A DNA stretch of 64,000 nucleotides from the NCBI GenBank assembly GCA_964019335.1, contig OZ025741.1, positions 310,001 through 374,000 on the forward strand, in the 5' to 3' direction. How positions within the stretch are numbered: position 1 is the first letter of the stretch; each line of letters opens with the position of its first letter. The notes beneath the pieces are model-generated. The model ran no database searches. It was not told the origin of the DNA and saw only the letters and a program-made list of their open reading frames with translations. The stretch comes from Diplonema japonicum. Lineage: Eukaryota > Protista > Euglenozoa: Diplonemea. The position numbers and the translations under genes were made by a program. Shown here in pieces: positions 9,092-22,725 of this stretch.

Positions 9092-12000
9092 TCACCAGAA
9101 AGGGCACCACCCAATGTAGCATTGCGAAAGGTTCTCATTAGAAGTAGCGAGGTCGATTAGTTTAGTAACCTATTATTTTTTTTTATCCCCTCCTTTTTTT
9201 TAAACCCCCTGCGTACCTGTTCAGGAACATCCATAACCTTGTTGGTAGCTTGCGTAGAGTCATCTTCTCCAAGCAGAGCCCGCATACGGGTGTCCTTGCG
9301 CGCCTTAATGCCGCGGAAAAGCTGCAGTTTGGGTTAACATAATATGTTTCTGCACACACACATACCGATTGGATTTTAGTTGCGGACCTTGCCCTCCCTG
9401 TCACACCCATCTCCATAGCATTGCCAATGACCACGAAAGCCTTTGCTAGAGCATCTTTCTTTTCGTTTGAAACGTCCAAAAGCACCACCTTCTCAACCCC
9501 ATCGCTAAACTGCAGGTCACACGTTGCAAGAAGCTGCTCTGCATGCGACACATCCGAAGGTGTGGTGGGGACCTTTTTTTTTGTTTTGTTTTGTTTTCTT
9601 CTTCCCCCCCCCACATACCTGTTTTTCAGCCTTTTGCACAATTTGCTGCGCGAGTGTCCTGTCGGCGCCGGTGTACCCGTTTTCGCCCTCTTTTTCAGCA
9701 GTCACGCGTTGCGCCCATCCCACAGCGCACCTGACCTGCCAAGCGTCTAGTACAGTCCCCAACACAGTCCCGAGCACGACAGCTATCGACGGGGACTCCT
9801 TAACCTTTGCAAGGGACTTGACGACGTAGTTCTGAAGATCGCCGAGGGCGGTGCGGTCGATGGGTGTCTCGGGGATGCCGAGAAGCATGCAGAGACGGGT
9901 TGTTTCATCCTGTCATAGTTTTTTTTTTTTTTTTTTTTTTTTTTTTCCCTGTCACATACCACTGGGTAGATGGAAAGCTCCACCGCCCTTTGAATCCAAA
10001 CATGGTCGTCCTCGGAGAGAGGAATCCTCGACTCCCCGACAGCACGCGCCACCAACGTCTCGATTTCCATGTTTTTCTGTTGTTTCTCACCATCTTCGTC
10101 TTGTTTTATCAGGTAGGAGGTCAGAGCCTCGTCGATGGCCAAGGCTCTGTCCATGTCCCCGGCAGCTTGCGAGGTTTCCAGTTCTTGTTTTGCAGCGGTG
10201 ACAACTCGATCGATCGGGGTGTCCTCTTGCACGACATCCCACGCTTTCATCACTGCACGGAGCTCATGGGCGGAACGGTTGGTAGCGACAGGGCTGTTGA
10301 GGTCTGTTAAGGGTTTCGCCTTGGCGATGATCTCCTTGAGGGTCATCTCCCTCTCTGTGGCAGGCGTGCCGGCCTGTTTAGGGTACGTCGCGTGGATATT
10401 CTCCTCGTTCGACAGCCTCATGTTTTTGTAAACGTCTTGAAAGTCGGTTCCGTCCAGCTTCTGTTTGATCCTCTGTATGATCTGCATGGCCTTTTTGTTC
10501 GTGGCCTGGTGCGTCGATTCCTTCCGGTTTTTCAACAGCGTTTTTTCGTGAAGCGACCGGGAGAACCGGTTTGAATCAGTTTTGGCGTTCCCTCCTGTGA
10601 AAGAGCCGATATCTACGCTGCTTGTCGGGACAGGGGGTTTGTGTTCTGAGGCGGTGGCGTCCCTTGCAGAGTCGGTGCTCTCGAGCCTCCAGGATATCAG
10701 TGGGTCGTGAACGAATGCCTCAAGCATTGCCATTAAAGAGTCGCGGTTTCGTCGTAGCATTCCCATGACGTGTTCAGAGGTGCGGCGGTACCCTCCCTCA
10801 ATGCCCGAGACCTCCATCGCACGGACAAGCATTCTTGTCAGTCGGAACGGGATCTTCTCAGGGAATTTGTCGCGCTGCATCGCAACCTCGAAGCAGTCCC
10901 CGAAATCAATGTGGACCACCTTTCCTGTTGTGTTGTCCAACATCAGGTTCGACGGGTGCCGATCGCCCAAACCCAAGATGTAGCCGACCATCGACATCAC
11001 CGCAAGCGATCTGGTGAAGTTCGTCCTTCTTTCAAGCCAGACCTCAGAGTTTGACGCACGTAGCCATAGAATGTTGTTCAGGTCATCACCGTCTGTCTGC
11101 GCCAAGGCATGTTCGAAAACCTCCACTTTTTGCATCAAGCTCAGCAAGTCGTAATCGATTGCATGCTGTTGCATGAACCGCGTTTCACAGTTCAAATGCA
11201 TTTTGTGTTTTTCCCTGTAGTCACGGATCAGGCAATGCAATGTTTCGGCCCTGTCCAACCACCCAATGATCCCAGCGTTGGCCGACAGCGGTACCACGGG
11301 GTACTGGTCGATGCTGAGATCAGCGCGTGCCGCCTTTGTGATCGCCTTGTCATGTCGAAGCAGTGTGTTGACCAGACCGAACAACTGCATGACCCTTTCG
11401 TCCTGACGGAGATCCTCGTGTCCCTTTAGAAGGAACTTGTAAGGGTGGCCGTCAGATCCGACAATCGTCAGCTTCCTCGGCCGCTGCTTCGACGGGATCA
11501 CGTTCAGCGTCGGGCTGAAGGATTTAATACAGACAGGAACTTTCCCTGCTTGGTACTGACCTGGAACGGCAACCTCGAAGTCGGTCACACGGTACAGTTC
11601 CGGCGATACACTGTGCAGTTCTAAGCTGCACATTTGATAAAGCTGCCTTCTAAGACGCTTGAAGACGGTGTAGTAGAGGTCCCAGGCTTGAGTCATGTCA
11701 TTGTTACGTTTTGTGACCTTCCAATCGTCGGTGGCGGCCTTCGCGTCACGAAGGTCTCTCCCAAATGCGTGCAAAAAATGTCTTTCGTTGTCGGTCTGTG
11801 CATCGTCCAACCACTCGTACAGAGAGCTCAGCACTCTTGTCATCCCCAAAGGATCTCTCTCCCCGAAGTACAACCGAGACGCTTCTTCCAACGCGTCGGT
11901 CCACATCTCCGACCAAAGGATGGCCACACGAATCAGTTCCCTTGCTACCAGTTCCGCTTGCCCCACCAGACTCGGTGCCCTTGCTTTTAATTCATCTAAA

Positions 12001-15000
12001 ACTTGCTTCGCGCAGTGCCTTCGTCGTTCACTCCCCGCAGCACCTGAATCACCTCTACCTGCAGGGGACGCGCATACCACCAACGGGTACGTCACGGCTT
12101 GTGGATGTTTGATGGCGATCTTGCATAGTAATGTGTGGATTGTCCTTCGAATGGCTGGTTCGTGCGAATCGATTCTCGCAATGATCTGCGGGATGACTTG
12201 CAGCCACATGTCCACATTCACCTGGTCGATCTCGTTGGCGATCACAACCGCGATCTCGTCGTCCATCCCGAAGTTGAACCACACCCGCAGAAGCCTCAAG
12301 ATGTCCTGCACGGCAAGCTCCGCAGGTCTGCACAGCGAGATCGACCGCACGAACCCCTCGACTGCCCTTGTCACAAACTGGACCTCGTCGTCCTTCGACA
12401 GCCGCTCGTCTTTAATCGGGATACGGTAGTTGAGCAGAGCCCACTCATGCCACACTTGGTATCCATTCGGGTCGTATGTGATGGCCTCTTTCAGGTTGCT
12501 CAGCACACCGTCGCGGTGCTGGGCCTGCCAGAACCCGTCCTGCAGATGCTGTTGCCACATGGACATATTAAGGAGGATCTTTGCCTTGATGTCGTCTGTT
12601 GGTTCCGGGTAGGCTTCCTTGGGCGCGGCACGGGGGTCCATGGTACCCCGGGATGTGATTCCCAAGCGCTGTGCGTAGGTCGAAAGCTGCAGAAGGAGTT
12701 CGTTCCCTTGCTTCTTGTCCGTCCTGTTCATAACCCACAACTGCTTCAGGTATTCGACTACGACACGGGGGTCTGCACCATGGTCATCTATGGCCGCAGC
12801 AGCAGGGATGGGTGTTGCCTGCCCCCTGCCCATCAGCTGTAACAGAACCTGCTGTGCCTTCGTCATCTTTCCAGACCACCTGCATGTTTCAACGAAGTCC
12901 AGCCAGGAGTTCAAGTTCTGCGTAGGGGTGAGCACCAATGCCCTGATAGCAAGCGTGCCTTGCAAATACTTGGGGTCCTTGCTCATCTTTGTGACACGGT
13001 GCGTCCACATGGATCGGAAGGTCTCCTTAGAATCCTCTTCCGCATCGACGTACTGCTGCACCTCCTCCAGCTCGGACAGTTGTTGCAAGCACACGACCAA
13101 CTCGTAAGCTCTGCTGTAGCTCTCTGCGATCTGTGTGCTGAGGTCTTTGTCCATCAGCTCCCTGCACTGCGCGATGCTCCTCCGAGACGCGTCGAAGTCT
13201 TTTTTGTGAAAGGCGAGCACTGCGCTGTAAAAGTACTTCGTGGTCGACACATAGTCGAAGCCAGGCGCCCTCTCGTCAGGCATATACTCGACGGCCTCTT
13301 CCATGACGTCCCATTTTGACATGAGCCACGCGGCGTGGCCGAGCATAGGCGACACGCGCTTCTTCACATCAAGACTTGCGCTTTTCCAGTAAGTAGACGT
13401 CAGGGACAGCAAACGGGGCCAGTCGCCCAGCTGGTCAAGACACTTGAATATCCCGATCACGTTGTCGTATTTAGTTACCGACGTTTCCAGCTCATCTTCC
13501 TCGTAGCACTGCAGTGCCTTCTCCCACCACCCTAGGTTCTCGTACATGTCTGCGGTGAGACACCCACCTTGGTCAAGGTTGTGCTTTTGGATGTACTTCA
13601 AAAGTCCCTCCGACGACTCGGGTAGCTCTAGGCAATTGTTGATGTGGACAAGCGACCTGCACGCATCAAGACACGCCCGCCTGTCGCTGATAGGCCACGC
13701 TCCTGAGCTGCTAAATTTTTTCATCGATGCCTCGATTTGCCGCACGCTTGTCTCGTGGTAGTGTAGCGCCTTCGCGTACAGCTGGCATCTCTCTGCTAAT
13801 GCCGCAAGCTGCTCGGGCGGTGAGAAGGACGCCATGATGTTCCCTTTGGATGCCTCCCGCTGGTCGCCCCCGCGGTCACACCTCTCCATGAACTCCGCCA
13901 AGTTCAACAGTGGCTGCAGTACTTCAGCAGGCAGGTTCACTGCCTGCAGTGCCCTCTTCACCGAGTCAAGCATTTCGACACGGTGCTTCTCGATCAGATC
14001 GAAGTAGCACGACACGAAAGCTACGTTGAAGAGCTCGTAGTTGAGTTGAGGGTACTGCCTACTGATGTCGAAGGCAGAGCGGAGAGATGAAGAAGGTGAT
14101 TCCTGCATCAGCTTCTGGCCAAACTGCGAAAGCCATGACACGTAGTCCCTGGCAGCCGACGCACCGGAAACTTGCCATGCCCTCTTCAGTGTCGTGGGGT
14201 TTACGGTAGGTTTGTTCCTCTGCTCAATGCCGTCCTGTGCAGAGTTCGGTGCTGTAGCACAGGCACGTTCGGGTGCGATGGAGATGGTAGAGGTGGTTGT
14301 TTGCTTGATTTTCTGAAGCGATGATGAGAGCTGCGCAAGATGGTCTTTCGGGTTGAAGGAGTAGCTGCCCATGGTGAAGGGCTCGGTTGACTCCAGCACG
14401 CGTTTGATCATGGGCATGAATATCTCGAAGTTTTCCCTGATGTTCAATAGCAGTGCCTCCAACGTGCCGATCGTCTCGGTATGGATGGGAGGGTGCTGCG
14501 TTGCGCCGCCCGGACGTGGCGAGGCCTCGCAAGGGATGGGCTCCATGATGACCTTTGCGAGAGCGTGCACTATGCTTGCAGCGTGTGTTCGTAAGTTCAG
14601 ACGCTGCTGGCATAGGGATTTCAGAGTCCTGATGGCACGTATCTTCAGCGCGGTGGGCTGGTCCTCGTTGCTAAAGGCGCCTACAAGGCATGGGACTGCA
14701 AGGTGGAGGTATCTCTCAAGGAGGTCACCAAAGCACTCGAGGGCGCCCATAACTCGTGTGGATAACACCCTTTCGGGCGTTGGGTCGTCACGCACGACCT
14801 GTATCATCAACGGCACCAACCACGTGAGGTATGGAATGAACTCCTCATTCAGCGCCTTCCTTAGCTCCTCGCACAAGTTGATGATCATCAGAAGCACGTT
14901 CGTTTCGTTGATGTCCCAGAAGCTCTGGATCACGGCCACGATGGACCCCTGGTACTTCCTGATGTGTTGTTTCACAACGCCCACCACGAAGCCGATGGCA

Positions 15001-17885
15001 CGGAACATGAACTCCGCGAAGTGCTTGTCCTTTATCTTGTTCCCCTTCCCTGACGAATCGGTGCTCAGGTTCTCGTGAAGCAGCTTCAGGAAGGCGGGGA
15101 GGATGCGAGGGAGAAAAACAACAGGCTTCTCGGTTTTCAAGGTTTTGAGGAGGTGCTGGAGTGCCTGGACTGCCGCACGGTGGTGCGACGCTTGTGACGG
15201 AGAGTCGAGCACCGCCAGCAGCGAGTTGACTACTGCATGCGTGTCGTAGTTGACATCGGAGATGGGTACAGACGTGGTGCCTGGCCCGCCTGCTGCCTTA
15301 CTGTCGCTATCGTGCTGCCTCATCTGCGCCACGGTGTGCGGGTCAAGTGCGCCAGCAATACCGAAGGTTTTCATGATCTCCAGCCTCGTGCCCAGAGGTT
15401 CCTTCGAAGCGCCCTGCAGCGAGTCCACCAAGAAGTCCAGTAGCTTGGGGTACTCATTGAAAATGTCGATAAATCCAGTCGACTGCATGACCTTTCCAAG
15501 GGATACGACCGCCTGCTTCACGCTCATCGCCGTCGGTTTGTCCTTCAGCGTGCTCACAATGCACGGCACGATCTTGTGAACGAACGGCCTCACATCCTTC
15601 CCTGCAACAGTGGCAAGCTCACCAAGCGTGAACAGAAGCGTGCCGTGCGCACGGTGGTTGTCATCCTGCAGCTTATCAAAGATAGCCTTCAGCAGTGACT
15701 GCACATACGGCTCAATAAGCTGTGGGGAGGCTTTAATGAGCTTCCCAAGCATGGCGGCCGAGAGGTCTTGCCGCTGGGTGTCCATAGTACAGGTGAGCTC
15801 CGTGAGAAGCTGGAGAAGAACCTTGCGGAGTGCTGGCAAGGCACAGGCAGGGTTCAGGCCCGAGAGCCTCCCAATAATGCAGATACCCAGTTCGCAGACT
15901 TGCTGCGCTTCGTCATTGATGGCAAGCACCAGGCATCTCATGCACTCGGGTGTTGCGATGAAGGCGTCGAAGTGGCTCGATTCACTGAAGACCTTCATGA
16001 CGGTGATGCGATTCTCCGTTTCGACGTCGCTGACTGCAAGCGAGATGACAGAGCGCAAAACAAGAAGCACCTGTGCCTTGTGGCTGTGGGAGTTCGGGCA
16101 TGTGATCCCGTGGCTCATCGAAACCCTTTCGTCGCCGTTTTTGAGCAGTTGTGTGTAGTATTGCGTGGAGACGAAGAGTAGCTTGCAGCACGTTAGCGCA
16201 GCCTGCTTCCTGACGGCCGTGCTTGCGTGGTTCATGAATGGCGCGCAGCACCTCGCGCTGTACAAAGTCAAGTCATGTCCCGTGAGGTCGAAGTTTTCCA
16301 ACGCACGCAGAACTTGCAGTTTCACTTCGCTGTCCCCCTTCAAGGAAATGTGTTCGCTGTCACCGTGGTTCCCATACGGGTCATACGGCCGCCCGATGAG
16401 CGCGCACGAGGCTCGCGACAGTACCCTCTCCTGGAATGACGCCAGCAGCAGCGGAATTGCTTCGCACAGCTCGTTGAAGTTCTTCACGAGCAGGTCGTCA
16501 AGCGGGAGATTGAACAACCCGTCCTGCATGTCCTTGTCAAGAATCTTCTTGCGCACCTCTACTTTCTCCGGGAAGGCTTTCGCAATACTCTTCAAGCACG
16601 CCACCGCCTCCGTGCTGTCAATGGACTCCATCGTGTGAACAGGCGACAGCAGCTGCGACCGCTTGGCCTCCCTGTCGCTGACTCGTGTGAACCATGACCC
16701 ATTCATCGGTGTGGAAGGAGTGGCGGGGATGTTGGCCGCCTTGGGTGTGATGATTGGTGTTATCATCGAGAGCAGCATTGTGATGTACGTCTCCATCTTG
16801 CGAAGGGGCTGCTTGCTAGGATCTTTCGCCGTTGATTCGATTATCTTGCCGATTGAAGTGAAGGCGCCTTTCTCCCCTTGACGGACCTGGTCGAGGAGGA
16901 GCTGCATGGCCGAGGGGAGGTACGGCAGAAAGCATGCAGGGTCGTACTCAGCGAGGACGGGGAGCAACGTGACCACTTCGTTTCGAACCGCCGGAGACGA
17001 GGCCGCTGCCTTGAGCTTCACAACTGTTGCGCAGACGACCGGGAAGCCCTGATCGAGGACTTGACCGTTGCTATGGAGGAAGAGCTCATTAAGGGCCAGG
17101 AGGGAACCGTGGCACAGGGCCTCCTGACAGTGGACGGTCTCCATACAGCTTTGGTAGAGCCTTTCCATGGATTTGGTTCGGAACTCCCGTTCGCCTACTG
17201 TGGAGTCGCGCTGTATGATACCGATGACATAGGCGCGGAGGGCAGTGGCGGCAACACGGCGCACTTCGATATCCTCGTCACGGAGACCCGACCAGATGGA
17301 GGTGAAGACGGAATTGTACTTCTTGAGGAGTAGATGCGGGACGGCTTGCACAAGCTCGCGGAGGATAAGCGAGCCGACGTACTTTCTGTGCTTGGACTGG
17401 ATGTCGTCGTTGAGCCACTCGAAGCAGCGCTTGGCCTCCGCCTCCACAATGTCGTGTGTGAGGGCTGTCTCGATGCGAACGATCTTGCCCAGGGTGCCAG
17501 CGGCAATCTCGGCTTGTTCCTTGATGTCGGTATTTAGAGCTTTGTATATGTAGTTTGCAAACTGTGTGATCTTCAAGTTGGGGTCCATGAACTCCACGTC
17601 GATCAGGACAGCGACGCACTTCGTCCCCGCAATCCTGTTCGCGTCTAGCTGTAAAGAGCTCCGCTTCTCCCTCGCCGTGTTCCCCTTGAACATCTCCTGC
17701 AGCTTCGAGTTCAGTATCTTTTGAAATGGTACGAGTCTCTCCTGCGGCAGCTCCGCTGCTTGCGCGCTTACGTACTGCTCGAGCTCCTCGGTCCCCGCTT
17801 TCGACACCATCGGCTCCCTGTTCTTCACATTCCCTATGATCCTGTCTAGATCCGTGCTTGTCCTGCCCTCTCCCAACAGAGCCAT
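9092..17885 (-). CDS. TOR: TOR kinase (HEAT-FAT-FRB-PI3K-like kinase-FATC), ~2868 aa after removing introns 9910-9959, 9573-9618, 9322-9365 and 9170-9216
   Basis: FRB (ELIRVAILWSEMWTDALEEASRLYFGER...QAWDLYY) and kinase motifs (KGHEDLRQDERVMQLF, GDRHPSN, IDFGD). Four phase-0 GT-AG introns restore the canonical FATC end [31 protein letters not shown]. Every exon length is a multiple of 3. Confidence 0.95.
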
Positions 17886-18072
17886 TCTGACGGCCCACCC
17901 CCTTTTTTTTCGAATGAAATAATGTTTGGTTTTTTTAATTAAAAAAAACTAGATATAAATAAACAGGGGAACAAGACATAAAAAAGGAGGAAAAAAAAGA
18001 AACCATCTACACGTGAGTCAGGTGGGGGGGGGGGGGTCATAATCTAAAATATAATCTCACATTTTGTATGTT

Positions 18073-21000
18073 CTATGTAAAGGGGTTCATCTTGCTCTCA
18101 AGACGGCGCTGGTAGTCGTGTTCCAGGTCACGCTGCTTTTTGGAAAGCATGGAGGGCGACGCCCCGTAGCTGAAGGAGGTTGGGCCAAGATTGCTCACGG
18201 AAGGTGGGGCCTGAAAGGATTGGGATTGAAGGAGTTGGTGTTTTCGAGAGAGCGCCACCTCGCGCTCCTCACGGAGGGACCAGTCGCGAGAGAGGACGGC
18301 GTCCCGCGTGTGGGCCCAGTCCTCCCTGTCCTGCCACATCTGCTTGGATTTTTCAAACTGGGCTTGTTTGGAGCTGTGAACTGTGGGGGTGAACTTCTGC
18401 GCGCTCTTCTTCGGCAACGCTTTCAACTGCTCGTGCACCCCCAATAGCTCCTTGACCTTTCGAAGCCTCTCTTCTCCGGCTTCTAAATCTTCTACAACAT
18501 CATCCTTAAACTTCATCACACCCTTATCATAACTCCCCAATACGGTCAAGCTCTTCGCATCGATCTCAATCCCCTTAGGCGACGCCGTGCAGCGTTCTAC
18601 ACTAAGGACTGAGAAAGGCGGGAGGATAACCTCGTCTTCCTCTATATACTGCCCGGCAGAACCGATGTAAATACCTTCATTGACCCCGGAAATGTTGAAG
18701 TTCAAGGTGCCTTTCGGGTCTGGTGCTTTGCGGGTGCTTTGTGAGCACGACATGGGGACGGAAACCCCGAGAACATGGCCTGGGATGAGCTGTCTGTAGT
18801 GGTCAACAACGTCCCACGGTTGGCCTCCGACGGTGGATTGTAAGGGAGCGCCGTATTGTCCGATAGGGAGGGGCTCGGAGAGGGCCATCATCAGCCCGAT
18901 CGTCTTGCACCATGGCATGAGGTCCGCAACGTTGTGCGTGCTAAGGAGGTTGGTTATTGTTGTGTATACGTCAACGTTGCGCTTGCCCTCGAAGGTGCGT
19001 TGGTACGCGACCTTGTTCATGTCCGACTCCATCGGGACCGGTGCGTCCTTCCACGTCAGCAACCTGTCCGTGTCCTCTCCGGTCTGCGACAACAACCGCA
19101 GGACTAGCATGGACAGCCACCCTTTCCCCGCGTGTTTCTTTGAAGCCTTTTCCACCAGCGCCTCGCATATACTCAACAGCAACACGTAGTTCGATGTTGG
19201 TGCATCTGTTTATTTTTTCTTCCCCCCTCTTTTTTTTATTTTGATTCCCGTATACTTTGACTAGCTGGGAACACCAGGTTGGTGATCAGCTCGTCGAGAA
19301 TGTCTCCCGGCTTGCTGTGCCACATCTTTATAAACTCCGAACAGAGCCGGGTCAGCTTCTCAGGTGTTATACAGAAAGGTTGTCCTGTCAGTTTTTCTTC
19401 CTCCCCCCTAATCACCGATTTTCACATACGAACTGCCCATTTCATGGGGTGGGTGCCATATGATACCAGCTGCTGTAGGACCTTTTGGAACTGCGCGTTT
19501 TGAGTCAAAGCAAGTGGCGTTACTGGAGGGACGGCAAAGCTGTCTTTGGTTTCCTCTTGCAGGTCTAATTCGACGGCGCGTTTGTAAACATAGAGTTCAG
19601 AGAGGTCGCTGATGCGTTGATCCGACGCGGTTGAGCGGTCTTGGAAGAACTTCTCTCGCTTCTTGCGTTTGAGGTCCCATTCCTTGCGCTTCTCTGCAGT
19701 GTCGTGTGCTAGGTGTCGGGCGTGGGTTTTCTTCTCGTACTCTTCAATTCGTTCCTTTTCCCTTCTCTCTTCTTTGAGTTTCTTTGCCGCTTCGTGGATT
19801 CGACGGTCGTCGTTGAGCAGCTTCATACTCTCATTGTGTTTCTTGTCCTCCAGCCTCTTTCGGGTTTGTTCTGAGATCATGTCCAGTCTCTCTTTCCTGT
19901 CACGCTGTCGCTGTCCATCAGCGTGTTGCTTTTTCTTTGTGATCAAGTCCCTGACATAGTTCTGTTCTGCAAAGATGCGGTCGTCGTCCAACTCGGCAGC
20001 GTGTCGTCTTTCGTGTTCCATCCTTCTTTCAACCTGTGCTTCATACGCCACTCTATAGATTTCAACCAGCATTCTCGAAGTCTTCACCCTTGCAAGGACC
20101 CCGCGTATGTTCTTTTGGATCATCACTGCCGATGTATAGTACAGGACGCGGTTTTTCTCTTCTTCTTCTCTTCTCAGCCGTTCTTTTTCTTCGCGGGCGT
20201 TTTTTTCACGCAGTTCGCGGGCTTCTTGTTCACGGGCTTCTCTTTCGCGGGCTTCTTGTTCCTGGGCTTCTTTTAGAAGCTTTTCTCGGCGAAGTTTTTC
20301 AGCGTTCTTTTTAACGAACTCCATGAATGTGTCGAACCTTCCCTTCCATCCTCGTCCGACCCTTTGCAGGCGAAGTGCGTAGGTGGAGAGCGCTTCCTCT
20401 CGTTTGATTTCAAGATCTTGAAAACAGTCCGATTTCATAAAAACTTTTGACATCCCGCACTGCGCCATGTCTGATTTGAACCCACAATGTGATAACACGT
20501 CTTGGCAGCCTTGCTTCCCAAGCTGGGCGGAGGGGGCCGCAACGCGATACCGCTTAAGGAAGGCATCAAATGGAACTCGGACAGGATACCCCGCCTTCCG
20601 GATCTTAACAGTACCAAGGACACCGCTTGAAGAAAGCTGGTTCATTACGGAGACGCCGTGGAAGGAAAGGGGTTTTTTGTTGGGGTGGGGCTTCACACAG
20701 CGGATCCAGTGCGGGTTTGTGCTGTTGATGAGACCGAGAAGGTCGGCCAGTTGTTGTTTGAAAACCATGGTGACGGTGGGTTTCTTACCGCCTGCCGTGG
20801 CGGGCTCCGGGATAAGCGTTTGGGTCAGCGGGCATTCCGATGCACGCATTAAAAGCTTCATCGAATCTTTCAATGGATCCATGTTCTTCTCACGAAAGCC
20901 CTCCACTTCGTACACAACATCGGAAGCGTAATGCTTGATGACAAATGAGGTTTGTGCCAAACGTTTCTTCAAGAAGAATGGGTGTGCTGCTTGTTGCGAT

Positions 21001-22586
21001 TCGAGCTTTTGAAGGAACGCTTGGTCGGAGCCTTCACCCAATGCGCATTCTTCGTCCAGCAAAGCGAAGACGCCAAGCTTACCAGTGATGAGTTCCAGGC
21101 AAGGGGTGTTGTCTGGGCATTCTATCTTGCTCACGTCGATGCCCTCTGCCTCGCATTCCTGCATGTCCTTCTCGAAGATAAAAGTGTTGTAATGATTTTG
21201 TAATGTCTCGTTTGCAAGGTTGATGCAGACTTGTTCGAAGGAGTTGTACTCGAAGTCCTCGAATCCGAAAATGTCGAGCAAGCCTATCCAGTTCCCGCCG
21301 CTTCCTATATCGGTGGTGTCATTTATCTTCTTCACCAACCACGAGAACACACCATCGTAGGTTACTTTTGTAAGCGCGTCCCGCCCGTCGGTGGCCTGCG
21401 ATTTCTTGAGAGTCGACGTGATGATTTCCCCCTTTAAATTTCTTGTAGTTGTGAGCAGTTCTTTCTTCAAAGCAACACCGTCGACTTTGAACGCTTTGAC
21501 AGCCAAGTTCAATGTAGAGTCGGACTTTTTATCAACATTCGATGCTTCTGTTCCGTCTGCCTCGAACAAGACATTTTGAAAGTGGAGCATTCCGGATACA
21601 AGGCGCCATACTGCATCTTGTTCCTCGCGTGTGATGCCGACAGTGTCCATGGCTTCAAGGCACAGTGCGTAGTCCTCACAGTCGTCGACACCGTCGATTA
21701 CAATGCAGTTTCCGGCGGTGATTGTTTTGTAGTCTTTTGCAGGGCCGAGATTGTATGTTTTAGCGTCTTTTCCTTGAACAGCAAGGTAGAAGGCGTGGTA
21801 GATGCGTTCGTTAGGGGATGCGGTGATGATGCGTGATTTTTCTAGAAGGTACTTCGTGACGCCGTTTCCAACTAGATACCCTGCTGCGTCGAACTTCACT
21901 TTTGAAAATTTCCCGAATCTCGATGAATTGTCGTTTCGAACCGTCTTCGCGTTCCCGAACGCCTCCAGTATAGGCGACGCGTTGAAGATTTTGATCCCTA
22001 TTTGTTGTGCGGCGTTCTTCTGATCCCCGGTGCCTTGTAGGCACGACACTGCGGAGAGGTATTTCATGACAATTTTCGCTGCTTCGGTTTTCCCTGCACC
22101 GGACTCCCCGCTGACAAGAATGCATTGGTTGCGCTGATCGTTCACCATCTCCCAGTACGTGTTGTTCGCAACGCCCCATGAGTGCGGGAGATTCTTTTTA
22201 ATCACATGGCCTTCTTTAAGGTACTCCGGCATCGCTGTATCCATGTAATGTGGGATTTTATAGTTGAACGGGTTGAGGGCAACAACGATGGCGCCGATGT
22301 TGGTGTACACTACGTCTTTAAGGTACCGAAGCTTGAGGCAGCGTAAGAGAGTCGCGTCGTGGAGCACGGTCAGCAGGAGGAGGTCGTTCACGTCTTCCTC
22401 GAGAAGGTCCTCTCTCGCCACGGTGACGTTGTGCATAGGGAGCGCGTCGTGTCGCTTTCCGTCGTCGGTGCTCTTCACTGCTACCAGTCCTTTCGGTGTG
22501 ATCTCCGTCACGTTCCCCACCGCCCAGCTTGTTACAGGATCCTTTGGGTCGTTGAAAAAACATAGTGCTCCTTCCTTCAACGCCAT
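18073..22586 (-). CDS. Myosin heavy chain with IQ motifs, charged helix/coiled coil and a C-terminal ADP-ribosyltransferase-like domain, ~1472 aa (introns 19385-19429 and 19206-19255)
   Basis: Motor motifs GESGAGKT, LEAFGNAKTVRNDNSSRFGKF and DIFGFE. Two phase-1 GT-AG introns flank a stop-free 129-nt exon and join ORF 19422..22586 in frame to ORF 18073..19185. Confidence 0.88.
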
Positions 22587-22725
22587 TTTGTGTGTTTTGT
22601 CGGGGTTGCGAGTTCCCCCCCCCTCCCGCTGGACAATAAGTTTAAGAAAAAAAACCCCCCCGGTAGCAGCAAATAAAAAAAAGGAAGAGAAAAAAAAGTA
22701 CTCCCCACGCCCCCCCAGTGTAACG

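Noticed and set aside
9783-9959. TOR C-terminus as given in the ORF track (apparently lacking FATC)
   Set aside because: Read-through into an intron; splicing restores a canonical FATC ending at 9092.
18073-19185. Independent 370-aa gene
   Set aside because: Non-ATG start, no upstream pyrimidine tract, and an in-frame join to the myosin via two GT-AG introns.
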